NCBI RefSeq assembly: GCF_005696695.1 | Contig: NZ_CP040006.1 | Location: 840,001-872,000 of the forward strand | Length of the DNA stretch: 32,000 nucleotides | Direction of reading: 5' to 3' | Source of the DNA: Schaalia odontolytica | Lineage (GTDB): Bacteria > Actinomycetota > Actinomycetes > Actinomycetales > Actinomycetaceae | Shown here: one piece after another, positions 16,149-24,460 of the stretch | How positions within the stretch are numbered: position 1 is the stretch's first letter | How the letters are laid out: every line of letters starts with the position of its first letter | Made by a program: the position numbers and the translations under genes | Notes under the pieces: model-generated | What the model was told of the DNA's origin: nothing | Database searches by the model: none | What the model saw: the letters and a program-made list of their open reading frames with translations, nothing else

Positions 16149-16437
16149 GCCTCAGCGGGGCCAGCGTGCCCTCGTGATGACCAGTCAATTCAAGAAGGAT
16201 CTCAAAAGGGCCCGCAAACGAGGGCTCCCTATCAAGGAGCTCGAAGCGGTCATTGATCTCATTCTTACGGGCGAAGTGTTGCCTCCCCAGCGGAGGGATC
16301 ATCTCTTGACCGGGGACTATGCGGGGTTCCGTGAATGTCATATTCGGCCGGATTGGCTGTTGATCTATCTGGATGAGCCAGAGATCTGCGTTGTGACCGC
16401 AATTCGTACGGGTTCCCACTCGGACCTGTTTCAATAG
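16138..16437 (+). CDS. yafQ: YafQ-family type II toxin (RelE/ParE-superfamily mRNA interferase)
   Basis: FKKDLKRARKRG, RDHLLTGDYAGFRECHIRPDWLLIY and RTGSHSDLF match the YafQ catalytic His/Asp pattern. It overlaps the dinJ 3' end. The start is ambiguous: ATG 16132, 16138, 16141 or 16174. Confidence 0.8.
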   Translation: MMSEPQRGQRALVMTSQFKKDLKRARKRGLPIKELEAVIDLILTGEVLPPQRRDHLLTGDYAGFRECHIRPDWLLIYLDEPEICVVTAIRTGSHSDLFQ

Positions 16438-16465
16438 CTGCTGTTTCCGTGAGAGTCGAGATCCT

Positions 16466-17158
16466 ATGGTTGACATGACTGAACTGAGCGGTCGCGGGCG
16501 CGCCGCCTACTGGGTGGTTGCCGCCCTCGCGTGGGCGGGCGTCGCCGCCACTCTTATTATCACGGCCTTTGATGGCTACGCTGCGCCGACCTACGTCGAG
16601 GAGGGCCTCTTCGCGGGTGCCCCCCATGGCTGGGCGGGTGCTCCCGAGCGCCTCATCAACTGCCTGTCCTACTTCACCGAGCTGTCCAACATCATGGTTG
16701 CGATCATCTCGACCCTCCTCGCGCGCCGAGGCTGCGTCGGGGCGTGGGGGAGGGCCACGCACCTGTGCGCGCTCATGATGATCACGGTGACCGCGATCGT
16801 CTACGCGACGCTGATTGGTCCCTACGAGGTTCTCTCCGGCTTCGCGCTCGTCACCAACCCGCTGCAGCACATCGTCGTCCCGGCCGCCTTCGTGGGCACG
16901 GCCGCGCTCGCGGGGCCGCGCGGTGGCATCACGTGGGCGACGCTGGGGCGCGCCCTGCTGATCCCGGTCGCGTGGGTGGCGTACACGCTCGTGCGCGGCT
17001 CCTTCACGCACCAGTACCCCTACGGCTTCGTCAACGTGTGGCGCATCGGCTACGCGCAGGTCGCGATCAACATCGTGGCGATCTTGATCGGCGCCCTGGT
17101 CTTCATGGCGCTCTTCGCGGGTGCCGATTGGCTGATCCGCAAGGCCTCGCGGCGCTGA
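16466..17158 (+). CDS. Integral membrane protein (about six TM helices; Pr6Pr / FAR-17a-AIG1-like family suspected)
   Basis: 230-aa hydrophobic ORF with host-like high GC. The YFTELSN and QYPYGF motifs resemble Pr6Pr-family proteins. The family assignment is tentative. Confidence 0.7.
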   Translation: MVDMTELSGRGRAAYWVVAALAWAGVAATLIITAFDGYAAPTYVEEGLFAGAPHGWAGAPERLINCLSYFTELSNIMVAIISTLLARRGCVGAWGRATHLCALMMITVTAIVYATLIGPYEVLSGFALVTNPLQHIVVPAAFVGTAALAGPRGGITWATLGRALLIPVAWVAYTLVRGSFTHQYPYGFVNVWRIGYAQVAINIVAILIGALVFMALFAGADWLIRKASRR

Positions 17159-17199
17159 CGGTCTGCGCATCTCCCGGACACGGTCTCGTCCGAGGCCGC

Positions 17200-17205
17200 T
17201 AGAGT
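17200..17205 (+). promoter_or_regulatory. Candidate -10 hexamer TAGAGT, 6 nt upstream of the VOC gene ATG (leaderless arrangement)
   Basis: TAGAGT-gaggct-ATG read directly. Confidence 0.4.
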
Positions 17206-17211
17206 GAGGCT

Positions 17212-17640
17212 ATGAGCAACGAACCCGGGCTTGTTCCTGAACTTACCGTCACCGATTACGAGGCATCGCGCCGTTTTTGGTGCGACCTCGTCGGTTTTTC
17301 CCTTCGCTATGAGCGGCCTGAGGAAGGATTCGGCTATCTCGTCCTGGGTAACGCGCACCTGATGCTCGACCAGATCGACCGCGGGAGGACGTGGGCAACC
17401 GGTCCCCTTGATCTGCCGCTTGGCCGCGGGATCAACCTCGAGGTTCAGACCGAAGAGCTGGACAGTGCATGGCACCGCATGGCCGAGGCAGGGTGGCCGA
17501 TCTTCGTCGAACCCGAAGAGAAGTGGTATCGGGCGGGAGATATTGAAATCGGCGTCCGCCAGTTCCTAGTCCAGGATCCCGACGGTTACCTGCTGCGCCT
17601 CCAGCAGGAAATCGGTGAGAGACCCGCTCTGCGAGGATAA
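17212..17640 (+). CDS. VOC-superfamily protein (glyoxalase / bleomycin-resistance-like)
   Basis: 142 aa. Pattern typical of bleomycin-resistance/glyoxalase-fold proteins: LVPELTVTDYEASRRFWCDLVGF...FLVQDPDGYLLRL. Confidence 0.8.
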   Translation: MSNEPGLVPELTVTDYEASRRFWCDLVGFSLRYERPEEGFGYLVLGNAHLMLDQIDRGRTWATGPLDLPLGRGINLEVQTEELDSAWHRMAEAGWPIFVEPEEKWYRAGDIEIGVRQFLVQDPDGYLLRLQQEIGERPALRG

Positions 17641-17779
17641 CTTGGACGGCGGGGCAATATCGATCCTAAGTCGGAATGGTGGCTGCCCCTCTTGAGGTGA
17701 GAGGGTGCTACTGCTCCTCTCCGGGTGTAACTCTCAGCTCTTTGAGACCTCTTATGTTGTGTGGGTGGGGTCTCTGCAC

Positions 17780-17785
17780 TACAGT
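17780..17785 (+). promoter_or_regulatory. Candidate -10 hexamer TACAGT for the oxidoreductase-TetR operon
   Basis: TTGTGT sits 17 nt upstream as a weak -35. The hexamer overlaps the left arm of the palindrome at 17784-17805. Confidence 0.35.
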
Positions 17786-17805
17786 TGTAATCAAGCAATT
17801 ACAAC
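17784..17805. promoter_or_regulatory. Perfect palindrome GTTGTAAT-N6-ATTACAAC, candidate TetR operator
   Basis: 8-bp perfect arms, ending 12 nt upstream of ATG 17818 and overlapping the candidate -10. A TetR gene is the second gene of the same transcription unit. Confidence 0.55.
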
Positions 17806-17817
17806 AAAGGGGAAAAT

Positions 17818-18381
17818 ATGAAGATTCTTGTCATTCAGGGCAGTCCTGACGCGGGAAGCTACTCGCATGAACTCGCAACGACTTACGCTGATGAGGCGCG
17901 CAGCGCTGGGCATGACGTGCGTATGATCGATCTGGCGACGGAGGATTTTGATCCCGTTCTGCGCTACGGATACCGCCAGCACATGGAGGACGAAAGTGGT
18001 CCCAAGCGGTATCAGGAGGACATAGCCTGGGCCGATCACCTCGTGTTCAGCTTCCCGATTTGGTGGTCTGCTGAACCCGCGATTTTGAAAGGTTTCCTTG
18101 ATCGCACTCTCACGCCGGGATTTGGGTACCAATACGTCGACGGTAAGAGCCAGGGCTTACTGAAAGATAAGACCGCGGCACTCATCGTCACATCCCGTGC
18201 TCCTTCGTTTATCTACCGAATCTTCGGTGGTCCAATCTGGCGGTGGAAGAGTATGGTCCTGGGCTTCGTGGGGATTCGCCTGACCAAAGCTCTGATGCTT
18301 GGCCGCATTGAGCAGGAAGTTGATACTCCTGCTTACCGCGCTGCGTTTGTCGAGACAGTTCGAGCTTACGCGCGCGGATAG
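17818..18381 (+). CDS. NAD(P)H-dependent oxidoreductase, flavodoxin-like fold (NAD(P)H dehydrogenase (quinone) / Gsp14-type)
   Basis: 187 aa. MKILVIQGSP...DLATEDFDPVL...ADHLVFSFPIWWSAEPAILKGFLDR. AAAGGGGA lies upstream of the ATG. Third codon positions are noticeably AT-richer than in neighbouring genes. Confidence 0.85.
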   Translation: MKILVIQGSPDAGSYSHELATTYADEARSAGHDVRMIDLATEDFDPVLRYGYRQHMEDESGPKRYQEDIAWADHLVFSFPIWWSAEPAILKGFLDRTLTPGFGYQYVDGKSQGLLKDKTAALIVTSRAPSFIYRIFGGPIWRWKSMVLGFVGIRLTKALMLGRIEQEVDTPAYRAAFVETVRAYARG

Positions 18382-18415
18382 ACTGTCCGTATCACCGAAA
18401 TTGGGAGGTCCAGGT

Positions 18416-19039
18416 ATGGCCGCGACGCGTATGCCAGCCAATGAACGCAAGGCACTCATGCTGGAGGCTGCCGTCCGTGTGTTTGCGCGGGTTGGCTACG
18501 CTGCGGCCACGACGGACTCGATCGCGCGCGAGGCAGGCGTCAGCCAGGCGTATGTCGTGCGTTTCTTCCGGTCGAAGGAAACACTTTTCGAGGAAGCTGC
18601 TACGTATGTTGTTGAGCAGCTGTGTCGACGTTTTGCTGAGGCACCCGTAGCGGCGGATTCTACCGACGTTGAACGTCGGGAATTGCTGGGGGACATGTAC
18701 GCGGAGATCGTGAAAGACCGCGACATGTTCATGATGATCATGCGCCTATTCATGATGGGATCCGATCCGCGCTTCGGGCAGCTCTCCCGCGATAGCTTTG
18801 CACGTGTGTACCGCGTCCTGCGAGAAGACGTCGGGATGGATGCTGAACAGGCTAGGCTCTTCCTCTCCCACGGTTTGTTGATGAACCTCGTGCTGTCGCT
18901 GCGTCTGTGGGAAGGCGAAAGAGTCTTGTCGGATGAGATCCTTGGATTTCTCGGGAAAGGACGCGCGGAGGCTATGTATTCACTGCATGACGCGCATGGT
19001 TCCTCGAATGATGAAGGATCTACCGCGCCCCGACGGTGA
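18416..19039 (+). CDS. TetR/AcrR-family transcriptional regulator
   Basis: Track ORF 18299..19039, start at ATG 18416, with GGGAGG 7 nt upstream. HTH: ATTDSIAREAGVSQAYVVRFFRSKETLF. Confidence 0.85.
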   Translation: MAATRMPANERKALMLEAAVRVFARVGYAAATTDSIAREAGVSQAYVVRFFRSKETLFEEAATYVVEQLCRRFAEAPVAADSTDVERRELLGDMYAEIVKDRDMFMMIMRLFMMGSDPRFGQLSRDSFARVYRVLREDVGMDAEQARLFLSHGLLMNLVLSLRLWEGERVLSDEILGFLGKGRAEAMYSLHDAHGSSNDEGSTAPRR

Positions 19040-21773
19040 CCGTGGCCAGGGCAACCCGCCCAGCCTCGTCTGAGGCGGGCACGTCCACGAGGGCGACGAT
19101 GCGCCAGTCCATGTCCTCCTCTGAGTCGAACAGGGTCTGCGTGGCCAGCCAGAACGTGCCCGCCGCAGCCTGATCCACCGCGTCCGCGATCGCCTCGATG
19201 CGCGCCACCTGGGCGCGCTCGAAATCCGACGACACCACAGCGGGGGCCAGCTCCAGCACGTCCTCGCGGGTCGGGGCCTCGTTCAGGGAGCACAGTGACA
19301 GGGCGCGCGCACGCTGGTCGATACCGATCCACTCGTGCTCCGCCCAGTAGCGCTCGAGCACCGCGTCCCACTCGTCCTCGCTCCACGGTGCGACCACCGG
19401 GGTGCGCGAGGCCTCGTCCAGACGCGCCAAGGCCTCGACGTTGTCGCGGCTCATCGCCTCCACGCGCTCGAACAGGGCGCCACGGATCGCCGTGCGGAAC
19501 GCGTGGCGGTTCGCGCTGAAGGGAACGGTCCCGTCCTCCCGCGCGCCAAACGCCAGCTCCGCGCCCTCCGTGCCGTCGCCATCGGCCGCCGGGGAGAGGG
19601 CCTGGCCCGTGGACATGGCCTCCCACTCGTCCAGCAGCGAGGAGTCAACCGCGCGGATCAGGGCAGACAGCCACGCAATGATCGACCGTAGCTCGTCCGT
19701 CGTCAGCTCGTCCGGCACGATCTGGCGCAGCGCGCGGTACGCGTCCGTCAGGTAGCGCAGCACGATGCCCTCGGAGCGACCCACGTCGTAGCGGCCCACA
19801 ATCCCCGTGAACGTCAGCGCGTTCTCGATCATCTCGCGCACGACCGACTTCGGGGAAATCTCCTGATCCTCGATCCATGGGTTCGCGTGCAGGTACACCG
19901 CGAACGCGTCCCCCAGCAGATCGGCAAGCGGGCGCGGCCACGTCACCTCTTCCAGGGCGGCCATGCGCTCGTCGTACTCCATGCCCTGCGCCTTCATCGC
20001 TGCCACGGCCTCGGCGCGCGCGGCCTTCTCCTGCGCGAACAGGAGCGGGCGCGGATCCTCCAGGACCGACTCGATGACCGAGACGACGTCCAGAGCGAAG
20101 GTCGGGGAGTCGGGGTCGAGGAGTTCGAGCGCCGCCAGCGCGAAGGGGGAGAGCGGCTGGTTGAGCGCGAAGTCGTCGGGCAGGTCGGTGGCAGCGCGCA
20201 GGCGGGGCTCCCCGGAGGCCGAGGCCTCGGCAGAAGACACGTGCTCGACGACGCCCGCCTGCTTCATCGACGTGTAGATCTCACCCAGGCGGCGCAGGTG
20301 CGGGTTGCGATCCGTGGGCGGATCATCGTTGTTGCGCGCCAGCCACACGAGGTGCTCGCCCGGGTCACGCCCGGCCGCAGGCGCACCGGCCAGCACGTTG
20401 AGAACCATCGCGTGCGTCATCTCGAAACGGCTCGTGAGCTGCTCGGGAGCCGCGTCCACGAGGCGCTCGAACGTTGATCGTGTCCACGAGATCTCGCCCT
20501 CGCCGGGGCCCTTGCGCTTCTTCGCGGACTTTTTCGCTGCTCGCTTGGCCTCCCGCGCGTCGCGGGCCGCCTCCTGAGCGGCGCTCAGGCGTGCGCGCTC
20601 ACGGGCGGCGTCGACCTCGTGCTCGGGGGCCAGGACGCGTACGAAACCGACCGTGTCGAAGCCGGCGCGGCCCGCGCGGCCCGCGATCTGGTGGAACTCG
20701 CGCGCGCTCACGTGGCGCATGCGCCGCCCGTCGTACTTCACGAGCGACGTCATCAGCACCGTGCGGATCGGCACGTTGATGCCGACCCCCAGGGTGTCCG
20801 TGCCGCACACGATCGGCAGCAGGCCCGCCTGCGTGAGGCGCTCGACGAGGCGGCGGTAGCGAGGCAGCATGCCCGCGTGGTGTACGCCGATGCCCTGCGC
20901 GAGCAGCGATTTGAGGGTCTGCCCGAAGCCCTTCGTAAACGACACGCCCGCCAGCTGCGCGGCGATCGCCTTCTTCTGCTCGGGAGAAATCAGCGAGGAA
21001 CGGTCGAAAGACTGCGCGGTAGCAACCGCGTCGCGCTGGGAGAAGTGCACGATGTAGACGGGCCAACGGCCCTCGCCCAGCAGCCGCTCGACCGTGTCGG
21101 GCAGGCGGTCCACGACGTACTCGAACTCGAGGGGCACGGGCCGTTCCGCGTCGTCGATGAGGGACACGTCGCGCCCGGTGCGTTCCTTCCACGCGCGCTC
21201 GAAACGCGTCGTGTCGCCCAGCGTCGCGCTCATCGCGACCACCTGCGGGGTCCTCAGCTCCAGGAGCGGCACCTGCCACGCCCAGCCGCGCTGACGGTCC
21301 CCGTAGAAGTGGAACTCGTCCATGACGATCATGTCCGCGTCCAGCGTGGGCCCCTCGCGCAGCGACTGGTTCGCCAGGATCTCGGCGGTGCAGCAGATGA
21401 TGGGCGCGTCGGCGTTGAGAGACACGTCGCCGGTCACCATGCCGACGTTATCCGCGCCGAACAGGGACACGAGGTCAAAAAACTTCTCCGACACCAGGGC
21501 CTTGAGCGGTGCCGTGTAGTAGGAGCGGCCCCCGTGCGCCATCGACGTGAAGTGCGCGGCGAGCGCGATCATCGACTTACCCGACCCCGTGGGGGTCGCC
21601 GCAATCACGTGGTTGCCCGCGAGGATCTCCACCAGGGCCTCCTCCTGGTGGGGGTAGAGCGGACGCCCGGTGCCCTCGGCCCAGGACACGAAGGCCTCGT
21701 ACAGGGCGTCGTCGTCGCCCAGACGGCCCTCGTCCTCCAGGTCGTCCAGGATCTCGTTCAAAGTCGCGCTCAT
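19020..21773 (-). CDS. Superfamily-2 DEAD/DEAH-box (Ski2-like) helicase with a long C-terminal extension (DUF3516-type)
   Basis: Motif I ATPTGSGKS, motif II MDEFH, motif III MSATL, motif VI QIAGRAGRAG. The C-terminal roughly 450 aa is non-helicase. Start ATG 21773 (MSATLNEIL), preceded by GACAAT-gctccc; GTG 21800 is the alternative. Confidence 0.85.
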   Translation of the reverse strand: MSATLNEILDDLEDEGRLGDDDALYEAFVSWAEGTGRPLYPHQEEALVEILAGNHVIAATPTGSGKSMIALAAHFTSMAHGGRSYYTAPLKALVSEKFFDLVSLFGADNVGMVTGDVSLNADAPIICCTAEILANQSLREGPTLDADMIVMDEFHFYGDRQRGWAWQVPLLELRTPQVVAMSATLGDTTRFERAWKERTGRDVSLIDDAERPVPLEFEYVVDRLPDTVERLLGEGRWPVYIVHFSQRDAVATAQSFDRSSLISPEQKKAIAAQLAGVSFTKGFGQTLKSLLAQGIGVHHAGMLPRYRRLVERLTQAGLLPIVCGTDTLGVGINVPIRTVLMTSLVKYDGRRMRHVSAREFHQIAGRAGRAGFDTVGFVRVLAPEHEVDAARERARLSAAQEAARDAREAKRAAKKSAKKRKGPGEGEISWTRSTFERLVDAAPEQLTSRFEMTHAMVLNVLAGAPAAGRDPGEHLVWLARNNDDPPTDRNPHLRRLGEIYTSMKQAGVVEHVSSAEASASGEPRLRAATDLPDDFALNQPLSPFALAALELLDPDSPTFALDVVSVIESVLEDPRPLLFAQEKAARAEAVAAMKAQGMEYDERMAALEEVTWPRPLADLLGDAFAVYLHANPWIEDQEISPKSVVREMIENALTFTGIVGRYDVGRSEGIVLRYLTDAYRALRQIVPDELTTDELRSIIAWLSALIRAVDSSLLDEWEAMSTGQALSPAADGDGTEGAELAFGAREDGTVPFSANRHAFRTAIRGALFERVEAMSRDNVEALARLDEASRTPVVAPWSEDEWDAVLERYWAEHEWIGIDQRARALSLCSLNEAPTREDVLELAPAVVSSDFERAQVARIEAIADAVDQAAAGTFWLATQTLFDSEEDMDWRIVALVDVPASDEAGRVALATVTVGAR

Positions 21774-21842
21774 GCTCCCATTGTCCCAGAGTGCGCCCAC
21801 GTCTGCGTCCTCGCACCGCAGGACTCTTCCCGCAGCTCATCG

Positions 21843-22003
21843 ACGAGGCCGGGATACCCCATGCGCTCACGCGCGGGCGTGCGCGTGGCGAGACGTCGCC
21901 TGCCGGGTGAGGAGCCCTGTGGCAAGATGAACGGGTCCCATTACAACGCGCGGGTGCGTCCCGCGACAGCGCGCGAGGTGCGGCGACCCGTCCCCGGCCT
22001 CGT
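21843..22003. repeat. Long-range inverted repeat (REP-like arms) enclosing a GC-rich structured spacer in the helicase/symporter divergent region
   Basis: ACGAGGCCGGG (21843-21853) is the perfect complement of CCCGGCCTCGT (21993-22003). Internal hairpins are GGCGA-GACG-TCGCC and CGCGGG-TGCGT-CCCGCG. TCTTTGA follows the right arm. Confidence 0.45.
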
Positions 22004-22027
22004 TCTTTGACACCCCGGGAGGCTCCT

Positions 22028-23512
22028 GTGGAACACATTGCCCAGATCGAGCAGCAAATCGCTGACTGGATCACGATGCACCTGACGATTGTCATCCTGA
22101 TCGGCGTGGGCCTTGTCCTGACGGTCGTCTCCCGCGGCGTGCAGCTGCGCCTCTTCCCGGAGATGGTGCGCACGGTGCTCGGCTCGCGCAAGGGAGCCGA
22201 CGGCGGCATCTCCTCGTTCCAGGCTTTCGCGATCTCGCTGGCCGCGCGCGTGGGTATCGGCAACGTGTTCGGCGTGGCCGCGGCGCTCATGTTTGGTGGC
22301 CCCGGCGCAATCTTCTGGATGTGGGTCGTGGCCCTGGTCGGCATGGCGACAGCGTTCTTCGAGGCGACGCTGGCCCAGATCTTCAAGGTGAAGCACTCCG
22401 ACGGCTCCTTCCGTGGCGGCCCGGCCTACTACATCAAGCGCGGCATGAAGAACCGCGTCCTGGCCAACGTCTTTGCCGTCATCACCGTCGTCACCTGCGG
22501 CATCGTCATCACCTCCGTGCAGTCCAACGCCATCGCGGGCACGCTCACGAGCGCGTTCGGTGAGGCCGCCAAGCAGCCCCTGCCCGGCGCGGGCGGCTTC
22601 TCGGCCGCGCAGCTTACCGTCGCAGGCCTGATCTTCGTCTTCTCCGCGATGGTCATCTTCGGCGGTATCCGCACCGTCGCCCGCGTCACCGAGTGGATGG
22701 CCCCGATCATGGCGACCGTCTACGTCATCATGGTCGCCATCGTCTGCCTCATGAACATCACGCAGTTCGGCACCGTTGTGGGCCAGATCTTCACCTCCGC
22801 GTTCTCTATGGACGCCACCGTCGGCGGCCTGGGCGGCGGCATCATCGCCGCGATGATCAACGGCACCAAGCGCGGCCTCTTCTCCAACGAGGCCGGCCAG
22901 GGTACCGCTCCCAACGCCGCCGCGACCGCGACCGTGTCCCACCCGGTGCGCCAGGGCCTCATCCAGTCCCTGGGTGTCTTCATTGACACGATCGTCGTGT
23001 GCACCGCGACCGCCTTCGTCATCCTCATCGCAGGCGAGAAGGTGTGGGGCGGCGCGGACGTGAACCCCTCGAACCTGACGACCCTGGCCGTGGCCCACGA
23101 GCTGGGCGCCTGGACGATCGTCCCCATGGCGATCCTCATCTTCGTCCTGGCCTACTCCTCGATCATCGCAGCCTACGTCTACTCCGATACGAACATGTCC
23201 TTCGTCTTCGGGGATGCCCGCTGGGCGAGCTGGACCGTGCGCGTCGTGTGCGTGGCCTCGGCGACGATCGGTGCCCTGCTGACCCTGGACGTCGTGTGGA
23301 ACGCCGTTGACATCGCGATGGCGGTCATGACGATCACGAACCTGGTGGCCCTGGTCTTCCTGGCCCGCTGGGTACTGGGCGCGCTGCGCGATTACGAGAC
23401 CCAGCGTCGCAATGGCGTCGCCGAGCCCGTCTTCGTGGGCGAGAAGAACCCGCTGCTGCCCGGCGACGTTCCCGGCAGCGTGTGGAAGCGCCCCAAGCAG
23501 AAGAAGAAGTAA
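22028..23512 (+). CDS. Alanine/glycine:cation symporter (AGCS family)
   Basis: Track ORF 22007..23512, start at GTG 22028, with GGGAGG 5 nt upstream. AGCS blocks: GGISSFQAFAISLAARVGIGNVFGVA, GGPGAIFWMW, GGPAYYI, GLFSNEAGQGTAP. Confidence 0.9.
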   Translation: MEHIAQIEQQIADWITMHLTIVILIGVGLVLTVVSRGVQLRLFPEMVRTVLGSRKGADGGISSFQAFAISLAARVGIGNVFGVAAALMFGGPGAIFWMWVVALVGMATAFFEATLAQIFKVKHSDGSFRGGPAYYIKRGMKNRVLANVFAVITVVTCGIVITSVQSNAIAGTLTSAFGEAAKQPLPGAGGFSAAQLTVAGLIFVFSAMVIFGGIRTVARVTEWMAPIMATVYVIMVAIVCLMNITQFGTVVGQIFTSAFSMDATVGGLGGGIIAAMINGTKRGLFSNEAGQGTAPNAAATATVSHPVRQGLIQSLGVFIDTIVVCTATAFVILIAGEKVWGGADVNPSNLTTLAVAHELGAWTIVPMAILIFVLAYSSIIAAYVYSDTNMSFVFGDARWASWTVRVVCVASATIGALLTLDVVWNAVDIAMAVMTITNLVALVFLARWVLGALRDYETQRRNGVAEPVFVGEKNPLLPGDVPGSVWKRPKQKKK

Positions 23513-23528
23513 TAGATGCTGACCACCT

Positions 23529-23571
23529 CGCCGGGTGCGCCGGGCACGTCTCGTGCCTCGTGCACCCGGCG
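23529..23571 (+). terminator. Hairpin 3' of the symporter gene
   Basis: CGCCGGGTGC pairs with GCACCCGGCG as a 10-bp outer stem. GGCACG pairs with CGTGCC as a 6-bp inner stem. Followed by TCGTGTATGT, a weak U-tract. Confidence 0.45.
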
Positions 23572-23616
23572 TCGTGTATGTCGGCGCTGCTCGGCGCGAC
23601 GTGCGCAGAGCTGCGT

Positions 23617-23622
23617 TAGGCT
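23617..23622 (+). promoter_or_regulatory. Candidate -10 hexamer TAGGCT, 6 nt upstream of the FAH-family ATG (leaderless arrangement)
   Basis: TAGGCT-accggc-ATG read directly. Confidence 0.4.
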
Positions 23623-23628
23623 ACCGGC

Positions 23629-24396
23629 ATGAGAATCGCACGTTTTTCCGATGGTACGAACCCGGTCTACGGCGCCCTTGAGGAGGGCTCGACGAGGATC
23701 GTGGGGCTCAAGGGCGACCCGCTGTTTTCGCCCGTGGAACCCTCCGGCCAGATCTACGAGCTGGACGAGGTGCGCCTGCTCTCCCCGGTGATCCCGCGCT
23801 CGAAGGTCGTGGGTATCGGCGACAACTACTCGGACACCCCGATTCCGGCTGACGAGCGCCCCGAGCCGCCGATTTTCCTGAAGGCCAACACCTCGGTCGT
23901 GGGCCCCGATGACCCGATCGCGATCCCATCGTGGTCGAATGCGGTGGCCTTCGAGGGTGAGCTCGCGATCGTCATCAAGTCCCTCGCCAAGGACGTGAGC
24001 GTCGAGGACGCGCCGCAGATGATCCTCGGCTACACGATCGCCAACGACGCCACCGCCCGCGACGCGATGACGGGCGGCCCCTGGTCGCGCGGAAAGTCTT
24101 TTGACTCGGCGTGCCCGCTGGGCCCGTGGATCACGGTCGACCCCGCCCTCGACGTCACCAACCTGGCGATTCGCTCGTACCTGAACGGCGAGATCGCTCA
24201 GGACTCCTCGACCGCGCACATGATCTGGAACCCCTTCGAGCTGGTGTCCTACGTGTCTCACCAGATGACGCTGCTGCCCGGCGATGTGATCGCCACGGGC
24301 GCGCCCGCGGGTGCCGAGATCGTTCACGCCGGTGATCGCGTGGAGATCGAGATCGAGGGGATCGGGAGCTTGACGAATCCCGTCGTGCGAGCCTGA
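23629..24396 (+). CDS. Fumarylacetoacetate hydrolase (FAH) family protein
   Basis: 255 aa. FAH-fold blocks: KVVGIGDNY, PPIFLKANTSVVGP, FEGELAIVI, GYTIANDATARD, KSFDSACPLGPW, LLPGDVIATGAPAG. Confidence 0.9.
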   Translation: MRIARFSDGTNPVYGALEEGSTRIVGLKGDPLFSPVEPSGQIYELDEVRLLSPVIPRSKVVGIGDNYSDTPIPADERPEPPIFLKANTSVVGPDDPIAIPSWSNAVAFEGELAIVIKSLAKDVSVEDAPQMILGYTIANDATARDAMTGGPWSRGKSFDSACPLGPWITVDPALDVTNLAIRSYLNGEIAQDSSTAHMIWNPFELVSYVSHQMTLLPGDVIATGAPAGAEIVHAGDRVEIEIEGIGSLTNPVVRA

Positions 24397-24460
24397 TCGT
24401 GTGACCTGTGTGATAGGATTACGTCGTTCTGACAATATCTCCGTCGCATAGGAGCACACT

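Noticed and set aside
21861-22010. 50-codon Arg-rich ORF (MRSRAGVRVARRRLPGEEPCGK...) in the helicase/symporter spacer.
   Set aside because: No RBS, an extreme basic low-complexity composition, and it coincides with the GC-rich hairpins. It is probably non-coding.
21801-22027. Glycine riboswitch expected upstream of an alanine/glycine symporter.
   Set aside because: I could not find the conserved cores (GGAGAG, ACCGAAGG, CUCAGGCAAAAGGAC) on the + strand. The structure is reported only as an unclassified leader or repeat.
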